Shown here piece after piece: positions 15,947 to 24,592 of a DNA stretch of 41,236 bases. The notes beneath the pieces were generated by a model that saw only the letters and a list, made by a program, of their open reading frames with translations, ran no database searches and was not told the DNA's origin. The translations under genes were made by a program, and so were the position numbers. This stretch comes from an uncultured Gammaproteobacteria bacterium (lineage in GTDB: Bacteria; Patescibacteriota; Microgenomatia; Levybacterales; GWA1-39-11): the NCBI GenBank assembly GCA_964537315.1, contig CAZIAP010000002.1:1-41236 (forward strand), in the 5' to 3' direction. Position 1 is the stretch's first letter, and every line of letters starts with the position of its first letter.

Positions 15947-18145
15947 ATGCTGCACAAACTCAAATATCATCATCTTAAATTTATAAAACTGCCTAAAAAG
16001 ATATTCCGAGGGAAAAAATTTGTAGGCTTAGTATTTCTTGTAATTATTCTTACCGCCTTTCTCGGTGCGGCATATTTTTTCGTACTAAAAGATATTCCTT
16101 CAGCAACAAAAATCGCTCAAAATAACTTTCCACAATCAACGAAAATTTATGATCGTAATGGAGAGCTCCTTTATACTATCTATAGTACGCGCAATCAATC
16201 CTTTGTTCCGTTGGAAAGAATTCCTAAACCTATTCAGGACGCTACAATCGCAACAGAGGACAAGGACTTCTATAAACACGGTGCAATAGATATACGTGGA
16301 ATAATACGTGCATTCTACTCAACTGTGTTTAAAAAAGAAATCCAAGGAGGATCTACAATAACTCAGCAATTAGTCAAAAACTCACTTTTAAGTCCTGAAC
16401 AAACAATCTCAAGAAAAGTAAAAGAAATAATACTAGCATATGTAGTTGAAGGACTATACACAAAAGATGAGATATTAGAGATGTATCTCAATCAGGTGGC
16501 ATACGGAGGAACAGCTTGGGGCGTGCAATCAGCTAGTTACGTATACTTCAATAAGCCAGTCTGGGAATTAAATCTTGCTGAAGGCACTTTTTTAGCAGGG
16601 CTTCCAGAAGCTCCGAGTGTATACTCACCTTATGGACCAAATCCTGAACTTGGAGAAAGAAGAAAAGAAGAAGTACTGCGATTGATGAGAAATCAAGGCT
16701 ACATTACTCCTGAGCAGGAATCAGAAGCTAAAAAAACTAAGCTTGTTTTTTCTCAGCAAGTAGACAAAATCGAGGCCCCTCATTTTGTGTTTTATGTTAA
16801 AGACTTGTTAGTTAAAAAATATGGTCTGCGAACCGTAGAACAGGGAGGATTACAAGTAAAAACTACTCTTGATTTAAATATGCAAAACTTTGCACAACAA
16901 ACTGTGGCTTCAGAGGTTGCTGAACTAGAAGAAAGTAACGTTTCAAATGGAGCAGCTTTAGTAACTAATCCTGCAACTGGCGAAATATTAGCAATGGTTG
17001 GAAGTAGAAATTATTTTGATGGAGCAAATGATGGAAATGTGAATGTTACAACCGCAAAAAGACAACCAGGGTCTTCAATCAAACCTATTAATTATGCCAC
17101 TGGACTTATAAAAGGATATACTGCTGCGACTCCGATTATTGATGAAAAGAAGTGTTTTCCTAATCCTGGCGGCAAAGCATACTGTCCTGTCAATTATGAT
17201 GGATCCTTTCATGGAGTAACTAACATGCGCTCTGCGCTCGCAAACTCATATAATATCCCTGCTGTAAAAATGCTTCAGATGAACGGTTTGGACGCCATGA
17301 TTGCAACAGCTTCTGCAATGGGAATAAACTCCTTCAAGAATCCAGAAAGGTACGGTCTTTCATTGACCCTTGGAGGCGGAGAAGTAACTATGCTTGAAAT
17401 GTCAGAGGCATTTGGTGTTTTTGCCAATACTGGATATAGGGTTCCATTGCAACCGATTCTCAAAGTAACAGATAAGTCAGGTAAGATTTTAGAAGAATAC
17501 CGAGCACCCAAGAGCCCAATTTTTGGTGAGAAAGCAATTCCCGAAGGAGTAGCCTTTATCATATCTCATATTTTGCAAGACAATAATGCTAGAACACCCG
17601 CTTTTGGTTCTAACTCTCTCCTTCGCGTTAAAGATTATCCCGTATCAGTTAAAACTGGAACGACAAATGATTACCGTGATAACTGGACTGTCGGCTACAC
17701 TCCTTCTTATGTAGTTACTGTATGGGTCGGAAATAATGATAATACTCCTATGAGAGGCGTTACGTCAGGTGTTACTGGTGCAGCTCCAATCTGGAATAAG
17801 ATTATGACTAAGTTGCTGGAAGGCACTAAAAAAGAGCCCTTACAACAACCACAGAGCGTTGTAGGTAGAGCTGTGTGCTCTATGTCAGGACTTCTTCCTC
17901 CTCCTGAAGGAACTCCTGACAGATGTCCAACTCACTACGAGTATTTTCTTAAAGATCATGTCCCAACAAAAACTGATCCTGGCCGTACAAAGGTTTTTAT
18001 AAATAAAGAAACCGGAGGACTTGCAAAAGAAGGTCAGACTGAAAACATTGAAGAGAAAGACGAAGTGATTATTACTGATCCTACAGGAGATAGATACTGT
18101 GCCAGCTGCCCACAACCCCAAGAAGAAGTAGCTACTACAGAGTAG
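15947..18145 (+). CDS. Class A penicillin-binding protein (PBP1A family)
   Basis: Transglycosylase motifs TEDKDF and GGSTITQQL; transpeptidase motifs SSIK, SYN and KTG. Confidence 0.95.
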   Translation: MLHKLKYHHLKFIKLPKKIFRGKKFVGLVFLVIILTAFLGAAYFFVLKDIPSATKIAQNNFPQSTKIYDRNGELLYTIYSTRNQSFVPLERIPKPIQDATIATEDKDFYKHGAIDIRGIIRAFYSTVFKKEIQGGSTITQQLVKNSLLSPEQTISRKVKEIILAYVVEGLYTKDEILEMYLNQVAYGGTAWGVQSASYVYFNKPVWELNLAEGTFLAGLPEAPSVYSPYGPNPELGERRKEEVLRLMRNQGYITPEQESEAKKTKLVFSQQVDKIEAPHFVFYVKDLLVKKYGLRTVEQGGLQVKTTLDLNMQNFAQQTVASEVAELEESNVSNGAALVTNPATGEILAMVGSRNYFDGANDGNVNVTTAKRQPGSSIKPINYATGLIKGYTAATPIIDEKKCFPNPGGKAYCPVNYDGSFHGVTNMRSALANSYNIPAVKMLQMNGLDAMIATASAMGINSFKNPERYGLSLTLGGGEVTMLEMSEAFGVFANTGYRVPLQPILKVTDKSGKILEEYRAPKSPIFGEKAIPEGVAFIISHILQDNNARTPAFGSNSLLRVKDYPVSVKTGTTNDYRDNWTVGYTPSYVVTVWVGNNDNTPMRGVTSGVTGAAPIWNKIMTKLLEGTKKEPLQQPQSVVGRAVCSMSGLLPPPEGTPDRCPTHYEYFLKDHVPTKTDPGRTKVFINKETGGLAKEGQTENIEEKDEVIITDPTGDRYCASCPQPQEEVATTE

Positions 18146-19403
18146 TTTTTACTCTGTACTTCACCCACAGCAATCCAAAAATAAAGGCTACTAAAACTAT
18201 GCCTTGCTGAAGCGTTATAAAAAAGTGATCTGCCATGCCGATAATTAGAATATTAACTGACAAGATTACCACCACCAATCCCATTCTGTGGTCAGTAGCT
18301 AATACACTTTTCATACGCCTTATAGATGCAATAATAAACCTTAAGAAAAGGAGAAACCCAACCATACCCACCTGCAATAATACAAGTAAATATATATTGT
18401 GAACCGGCTGCAGTAATAAAGGAGTAATTTTTGTTTGGTGCGGTAGTTGAAACGAAAAATAATTTAATATTCCTACTCCAAATACGGGCGACTGAGTAAT
18501 AATTGAGATAGCGATGCTAGCCAATTCTATACGAGCAAAAAAATCCGTACTTAGCGATGTGAGAGAAAACCGTTGGAATAATGCTCCTATTACGACAACG
18601 CTACTTGCTACCACAAAAAGCACGAAACGAGCAGGTATTAGTTTTTTATAACCTAGCCATAAAAGAGAAAGAACGAACACAACTATAGTCAACCTTGAGA
18701 AGGTAAGAAATAGACAAATGAAGGCAAGCGAGCTTGCTGCGCCAAACCAAATTTTCTTTAAACCCCAAGACAGGTTAAACATATAAACAACTAAAATTAA
18801 TACTGCGGAAAGCATAAAAAACGCCAAAACATTCGGATGAGGAAAACTCCCATATGCACGTAAGTACTCTTTTCCAAAGATACTGACTGTAGAAATACCA
18901 ACTGTCCCAATAGAAAAACTTCTCTCGCCAATTAAATAGAAAAGACCACCTACAGATGATTGATTAATAAATTGCCAAACTACCAACACACTTTCTAGTA
19001 ACACAGCAAAAGAAAGTACAAAGGCAATTTTAGAAAAATCCTGAGCCTTAAAAAGGCGAGAAATCACCCACCCCAAAAAAACCATCTCTGCTAACTTAAT
19101 CACACCATAAAATGCTGGTTGAGACTGTGGAGAAACTGCAACTGAGAGTGTAATTAGTAGTAATCCCAATACCAACCATTTTAAATTTTCTTTTTTAGCT
19201 GAGCTGATAGATCGAATAGCTGTAGGCAGAGTAATAAGAAAAAGTAGAAAAATAAGTAAATCTGAAAAGTATAAAGTAGGAGATAGATAGTCTACTCGAA
19301 TACCTGACACATATGAAAAATTAAGCCAAAAGTGTTTTCCAAGCTGAGAAATTGAAAAAAAAAGAATCAAGAAAAGAAGAATGCGCTGAGTAGTTTGTAT
19401 CAC
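18135..19403 (-). CDS. O-antigen ligase family membrane protein
   Basis: Multi-TM; RAYGSFPHPN, LTFSR and PVHNIYL motifs. Confidence 0.85.
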   Translation of the reverse strand: MIQTTQRILLFLILFFSISQLGKHFWLNFSYVSGIRVDYLSPTLYFSDLLIFLLFLITLPTAIRSISSAKKENLKWLVLGLLLITLSVAVSPQSQPAFYGVIKLAEMVFLGWVISRLFKAQDFSKIAFVLSFAVLLESVLVVWQFINQSSVGGLFYLIGERSFSIGTVGISTVSIFGKEYLRAYGSFPHPNVLAFFMLSAVLILVVYMFNLSWGLKKIWFGAASSLAFICLFLTFSRLTIVVFVLSLLWLGYKKLIPARFVLFVVASSVVVIGALFQRFSLTSLSTDFFARIELASIAISIITQSPVFGVGILNYFSFQLPHQTKITPLLLQPVHNIYLLVLLQVGMVGFLLFLRFIIASIRRMKSVLATDHRMGLVVVILSVNILIIGMADHFFITLQQGIVLVAFIFGLLWVKYRVKTTL

Positions 19404-19846
19404 TTCTTTTTGATAACTAAAATACGGTCTCTGTCTTCTCCGGATGACTCTGTAGTAACCTGATCATCTTCAACCAACTTCATATGAATAAGTCTTCTCT
19501 CCCAAGGTTTTAATCCACGAATAGTTTTATCAACACCGCTTGATATCACTTCTTCTTTTAATCTATCAGCTAGATCATTCAAGTATGATTCTCTTTCTTC
19601 TCTGTATCCACCGACTTCTACTATCACCCTTTTGTATTCTTCCTGTTTGGCTGCTACCATTTGTCCCAACAAATACTCCAATGAAGAAAGAGTATTTCCA
19701 TGCTTTCCAATTAACAAAGCGTTCTCGGGGGTATCTAATGAAACATGAAAGCCATTTTCGTCTTCAGATACTGAAACTTTTGCTTCCACTTCGATTTTGG
19801 CTAAAAGGTCTTCAGTTATTTGTTGTACAAGTGAGTTGTTATCCAT
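19400..19846 (-). CDS. jag: Jag/KhpB (EloR) KH-R3H RNA-binding protein
   Basis: LLIGKHG KH motif and ERRLIH R3H motif; lies downstream of yidC. Confidence 0.9.
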   Translation of the reverse strand: MDNNSLVQQITEDLLAKIEVEAKVSVSEDENGFHVSLDTPENALLIGKHGNTLSSLEYLLGQMVAAKQEEYKRVIVEVGGYREERESYLNDLADRLKEEVISSGVDKTIRGLKPWERRLIHMKLVEDDQVTTESSGEDRDRILVIKKK

Positions 19847-20633
19847 TTGATTTTATTTTTTGGATCCAAGGTGTTAGTCCTCCAAATCCTACTAGAATAT
19901 ATTGCTGAATTATACCAAAAACTGTGAAGGTATTCCAGTAAAGTGAGAGTCCAAAAGGAAGAGAGTACGAAAACCAACCGATCATAAGTGGAAAGATAAA
20001 CATAGATTGAGTCATAATAGCGCTTTGAAAATCATCTTTATTTTTCTTTACTTTTACAGCTGGCATCATCATTTTAGAAAGGAAAAATTGCAAAACACCA
20101 GTAACAATCGGAACCAGCACTATCAAAGGCATGGATTGAAACAATTGAGCGGGGCTTTGAGCTAATGAAATTCCAAAAAATGTTGGGTCCCAAGCACTAT
20201 TGATGTGAAGAAAAGAAAAATAAAGAGTATCATTGATGCTGGAAATTGCATCAGCAGAATTAAGTGAAACAACCTTGGTTAAACTATGATAAAGGGCAAT
20301 CATAATCGGAAACTGTATCAAAACGGGAACACATCCTGAAGCTGGATTAATATTATTTTCTTTGTATAACTTCATCATCTCCTGCTGTTGACGAGCTTTA
20401 TCATTTTTAAACTTATCCTTTATCTCACTCAACTTAGGTGCTACATCCTGCATTTTTTTCGATGAACGAATCTGAGCTGACATTAATGGATAAAGAAGTA
20501 GTCGAATAAAAGCAGTCATTAAAATTACGGCAAAACCGACAGCGTATGGGACCTGCAAGAAGACCATTAACTGATAAAATGCTACTAATATGTTCGTGAG
20601 AGGGACAGTAAATAATGAATTAAATAACTCCAT
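19839..20633 (-). CDS. yidC: Membrane protein insertase YidC/Oxa1
   Basis: RLLLYPL, NPASGCVP..QFP and GLSLYW motifs. Confidence 0.93.
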   Translation of the reverse strand: MELFNSLFTVPLTNILVAFYQLMVFLQVPYAVGFAVILMTAFIRLLLYPLMSAQIRSSKKMQDVAPKLSEIKDKFKNDKARQQQEMMKLYKENNINPASGCVPVLIQFPIMIALYHSLTKVVSLNSADAISSINDTLYFSFLHINSAWDPTFFGISLAQSPAQLFQSMPLIVLVPIVTGVLQFFLSKMMMPAVKVKKNKDDFQSAIMTQSMFIFPLMIGWFSYSLPFGLSLYWNTFTVFGIIQQYILVGFGGLTPWIQKIKSNG

Positions 20634-20640
20634 GACAATA

Positions 20641-20958
20641 TTATATTATACCTTCTTTTTTAAAGATTTGCTTAACCTCATCGTATATTTCATTTGCAGT
20701 GGCATCAGCACTTTTTTTTCGCAGGTAAAAAACGGTATCATAATCGACGTTTGTGTCTGAGACTATTTTCTCAAGCGTACGCTTGAATAAGCGCTTTAAT
20801 CGATTTCTATCAACTGCGTGAGCAGCTGTTTTTTTACTAACTACAATTCCATAACGGAAGTGCTCTGACTCTTGAAATCGGAGAACAAAGTAGGGTGATT
20901 GACTTGATTTGCGTGGAGCGCCTTCTTTAAAAGAATAACGATGCTGTTTACTGAGCAT
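20641..20958 (-). CDS. rnpA: Ribonuclease P protein component
   Basis: GIVVSKK..AVDRNRLKR RNR motif; position between rpmH and yidC. Confidence 0.92.
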   Translation of the reverse strand: MLSKQHRYSFKEGAPRKSSQSPYFVLRFQESEHFRYGIVVSKKTAAHAVDRNRLKRLFKRTLEKIVSDTNVDYDTVFYLRKKSADATANEIYDEVKQIFKKEGII

Positions 20959-21089
20959 TATATAGAATGTCTGCCTTTTGCGCGCTGATTTTTAATAACT
21001 TTTCTTCCAGACGCAGATGAGGTACGTGCAATAAAGCCGTGCTTTTTATTTCCTTTTTTCTTGTTGTTTTTTGTTATTCGTTCTGACAT
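20958..21089 (-). CDS. rpmH: 50S ribosomal protein L34 (not in ORF track)
   Basis: Manual translation MSERITKNNKKKGNKKHGFIARTSSASGRKVIKNQRAKGRHSI; TAATG overlap with rnpA. Confidence 0.9.
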   Translation of the reverse strand: MSERITKNNKKKGNKKHGFIARTSSASGRKVIKNQRAKGRHSI

Positions 21090-21125
21090 AAGCAAAGAGT
21101 ATAATATCAGAATCTACCTTGCATC

Positions 21126-21806
21126 TCAAGTAGCTTTCTTTTTATTCCTAAACAAAAGCTTAAAAGAGTTCTCAACCACTAAAGCAGTAGTAATCCACCA
21201 GAATCCAGCTATATATCCTGCAATAATGTCTGTAAGATAATGTACTCCCAGATATACTCTGCTTACTCCAACAAGTATGATTATTGTCCCGTTTATTACC
21301 AAGCTAATACAGGTTAAAAACCAGCTCCTCGAAGCTCGATATACATAAATTACAAGTGTTGCGTAGAAGACAAAAGCATTCATTGCATGACCTGAGGGAA
21401 AGCTGTAAAATCTTTCGTCTAACAGAGGAGATATTACAGGGCGGTCGCGAGCAATAAGATCTTTTAACAACAAATTAATAAGTACACCGATTATAAAAAT
21501 CACAACTATCATTAACGCTTCACGTTTATGTTTTTTAAGCGCAGCAAATAAAAATACTGTTATTAACAGGATAAGGAGTATTTCATTACCCAGGAGTGTT
21601 ATAAAAAGCATTACAGCATTCAAAGCAGGAGTTCTTAATTCGTACATCAGAATACTAAAAAACACATCTAGTTCGTGTATTGAATTTATGTTTACTGTTA
21701 AGTTTAAGAATAAATATAGAGAGAGTAGGCTCGCACCAATACCGAGTAATAGCTTAAGAGTAATTACTAACGGGAATTTCATTATTTGACGAGAAGCTTT
21801 TTTCAT
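21126..21806 (-). CDS. PAP2-family phosphatase
   Basis: K..IARDRP, SFPSGH and SRVYLGVHYLTD motifs. Start position uncertain. Confidence 0.88.
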   Translation of the reverse strand: MKKASRQIMKFPLVITLKLLLGIGASLLSLYLFLNLTVNINSIHELDVFFSILMYELRTPALNAVMLFITLLGNEILLILLITVFLFAALKKHKREALMIVVIFIIGVLINLLLKDLIARDRPVISPLLDERFYSFPSGHAMNAFVFYATLVIYVYRASRSWFLTCISLVINGTIIILVGVSRVYLGVHYLTDIIAGYIAGFWWITTALVVENSFKLLFRNKKKAT

Positions 21807-21874
21807 TACTACATTATTGTACAGCTTGATATAAAAGGGTTGCAATTTCACTAAAAGTATATTACGGTTAATGT

Positions 21875-22945
21875 ATGGTCAAAGCGGCAATCAATGGATA
21901 TGGAAGAATAGGCAGAATTGCCCACAGAGTAATTATAGAAAGATTCTCCCAAGAAATTGAGGTTGTAGCGATCAACGCCGGATCCAGCACTGACATTGCA
22001 GGCTGGATGTATTTACTCAAATACGACTCAGTCTACGGACACCTCGCAAAAAACTTATCCGTCAGAAAGGAAGAATCAGAAGGAAGCGATATCATTGGCT
22101 ACTTAATAGTAGAGGACAAAGAGATTCCGGTTTACTCTCAGAAAGACCCTACCAAATTACCTTGGGGACAACTAAACGTAGATGTTGTTATTGAATCAAC
22201 TGGAGCGTTTACAAAGCACGAAGACCTAAAGAAACATGTTGCTGCAGGAGCAAAATCCGTTATTTTATCTGCACCATATAAAGATGAAGAAGGCGGAGGT
22301 CCGACTTATGTGTTGGGGGTTAATCTACAAAAAGATAACACCAACGTAGAAAATATAGTCAGTAATGCTTCCTGCACTACCAACTGTATTACTCCTGTTG
22401 CTCAGATCATACACGAAACATTTGGTATAGAAAAAGTAATGATGACGACAATTCATGGATACACCTCTGATCAGAGAATTCAGGATGGAGGGCACAAAGA
22501 TTACCGACGCGCAAGAGCTGCAGCTGAAAATATCATTCCCACATCAACAGGAGCAACAAAAGCAGCTGCAATCGCTATTCCTGACTTGAAAGGAATATTT
22601 AACGGACTTGCCATCCGCGTACCGGTTCCTGTTGGATCACTTTCAGATTTTACATTTTTAATAAAAAGAGAGACCACTATAGAGGAAGTTAATGAAACTC
22701 TTCAAAAAGCGGCATCAGAGACGCGATTTAAGGGTATCTTTACAGTAACTAATGACCCGATTGTAAGCAGTGATATTATTGGAAATTCTCATTCGTCTAT
22801 AGCCGACCTGTCACTCACACAGGTAGTAGGCGGTAACATGGTAAAAGTAATCGCATGGTACGACAATGAGTTCGGGTACGCTAATAGATTAATAGAAGAA
22901 GCCCTACTTGTAGGAAAACTACACTCATCAACCTCGACACAATAG
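21875..22945 (+). CDS. gap: Type I glyceraldehyde-3-phosphate dehydrogenase
   Basis: INGYGRIGR, NASCTTNC and WYDNE motifs. Confidence 0.97.
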   Translation: MVKAAINGYGRIGRIAHRVIIERFSQEIEVVAINAGSSTDIAGWMYLLKYDSVYGHLAKNLSVRKEESEGSDIIGYLIVEDKEIPVYSQKDPTKLPWGQLNVDVVIESTGAFTKHEDLKKHVAAGAKSVILSAPYKDEEGGGPTYVLGVNLQKDNTNVENIVSNASCTTNCITPVAQIIHETFGIEKVMMTTIHGYTSDQRIQDGGHKDYRRARAAAENIIPTSTGATKAAAIAIPDLKGIFNGLAIRVPVPVGSLSDFTFLIKRETTIEEVNETLQKAASETRFKGIFTVTNDPIVSSDIIGNSHSSIADLSLTQVVGGNMVKVIAWYDNEFGYANRLIEEALLVGKLHSSTSTQ

Positions 22946-22952
22946 TTTATAG

Positions 22953-23528
22953 ATGGAAAAAGTTCGTAATATTACTGTTTCCGGACGAATAGCATCCGGA
23001 ACAACCACACTTGCAAATGGTATTGCTATGTCACTCGGCTGGCAGCTATTTGAAGGCGGCTCTTTATTCGAGCAATACCATTCCAAACTCGGTGTCTCAG
23101 AAACACACGCTAACCTCCGCCCTGACGAAATAGACTTACAGTTCGAAGAAAAGATCGGTAAAATGCTGAAAGAACATAGCGAGATCGTCATACAAAGTCA
23201 TCTTGCTGGTTTTGACGCACAGCACATCAAGGGAGTGTACAAAATCCTAGTAGTCTGTGAGGATGAATCTGGTAATGATCAACTAGATATTAGAATTGAC
23301 AGACTTGTAAATAGAAAGAATATCTCCGTTGAAGAAGCAAAACACGAAATCATAGAAAGAGAAAAAACAAATCTAGAAAAATGGAGAAGACTCTACGCAA
23401 ACAATAACGACCAATGGGTTTACTGGGATAAAAAATATTATGATCTTGTGGTTAACACATACTCCGTTAATAAAGATCAAGCAGTTAAGAATGCTTTGGA
23501 AGCTGTAAAGCCATACTTATCTTCTTAG
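22953..23528 (+). CDS. cmk: Cytidylate kinase family protein
   Basis: ITVSGRIASGTTT P-loop and RIDRLVNR lid; short archaeal-type Cmk-like. Confidence 0.75.
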   Translation: MEKVRNITVSGRIASGTTTLANGIAMSLGWQLFEGGSLFEQYHSKLGVSETHANLRPDEIDLQFEEKIGKMLKEHSEIVIQSHLAGFDAQHIKGVYKILVVCEDESGNDQLDIRIDRLVNRKNISVEEAKHEIIEREKTNLEKWRRLYANNNDQWVYWDKKYYDLVVNTYSVNKDQAVKNALEAVKPYLSS

Positions 23529-24557
23529 AGGTTCAATTGCAGGTAGTTTTTTGCCGGATAAAAACTCTAACATAGCTCCTCCTCCTACAGAAATAAAGTT
23601 AAACTTATCTAAAAGCTTGTGCTGACGAAGATATGAAATTGTATCCCCTCCTCCCACAACAGTATAGGCACGAGAATTTGCTAGAGCGCGAGCTATCAAA
23701 CGTGTAGAGTGTTCTGTAACAGGATCATGACCTGTTTTACCCACAGGCCCATTCCACACAACTGTTTTTGCTGTATCAAGCACTTCTATAAAATTTGCAG
23801 CACTTTTTTCAGTAATATCAAGTCCAGACTGTATTAAGTCTGCAACTAAAACAACCGATCTTTTATTATTAGTATGTTTATGCTGAACCTTAATTAATTC
23901 TTTAGAATGATCAGCAACCTCACCACCTACAAGTAAAAAATCCGCCACTTCGTGCATTGTCTGAACCATTGGAAGTTTTGTTTCTATTTTTGAACCTCCA
24001 ATTAATACCACCAACGGCCTCTTAGGATTACTTATTATTTTCTCTAAAGTTTGGACTTCTTTAGTAAAATGTGTGCCTGCGTATGCTGGAAGTATTCGAG
24101 CCACGCCTACAGTAGATGCATGAGCGCGGTGAGCTACAGCAAATGCTTCATTTACAAATACTTCTGCTATATTTGCTAGTTCTTTTGCAAAGTGACTATC
24201 ATTCTGTTCTTCTTCGGTAAAATAACGGATATTCTCCAATAGCACTAGCGAGTTGCCGATCTTCCATCCTCCAAATGGTGATGAATAATCATGCAAAGGC
24301 ATATCAAAAACACGAGCATACCATTTTGCGATGATACGAAGCGAGCATGAGAGATCATATCCATTAGGCCTGCCGAGGTGACCTACAAGAATAACTTTGC
24401 ATTTGTTCTTGAGTAGCATGCGTACTGTGTCCAAAGAAGATAAAAGTCTTGTGTCATCTAAAATCTTTTCTCCTTGCACATCTACATCAGCATCAATTCT
24501 CACAAGGACTGTTTTCTTTTTTATTCGTGAGTAACTTACAGAGCGAAGGGCAGCCAT
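23517..24557 (-). CDS. pgk: Phosphoglycerate kinase
   Basis: VRIDADV, GHLGRP, LLENIR, WNGPVG, GGGDT and SVGGGA motifs. Start at 24557 is 6 nt after TGTGTATAAA. Confidence 0.93.
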   Translation of the reverse strand: MAALRSVSYSRIKKKTVLVRIDADVDVQGEKILDDTRLLSSLDTVRMLLKNKCKVILVGHLGRPNGYDLSCSLRIIAKWYARVFDMPLHDYSSPFGGWKIGNSLVLLENIRYFTEEEQNDSHFAKELANIAEVFVNEAFAVAHRAHASTVGVARILPAYAGTHFTKEVQTLEKIISNPKRPLVVLIGGSKIETKLPMVQTMHEVADFLLVGGEVADHSKELIKVQHKHTNNKRSVVLVADLIQSGLDITEKSAANFIEVLDTAKTVVWNGPVGKTGHDPVTEHSTRLIARALANSRAYTVVGGGDTISYLRQHKLLDKFNFISVGGGAMLEFLSGKKLPAIEPLRR

Positions 24558-24592
24558 ATACTTTTTATACACAATAATGTACTGCTTGGCAA

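Noticed and set aside
20958-21874. oriC next to rpmH
   Set aside because: No dnaA and no cluster of TTATCCACA boxes; the interval is filled by a PAP2 gene.
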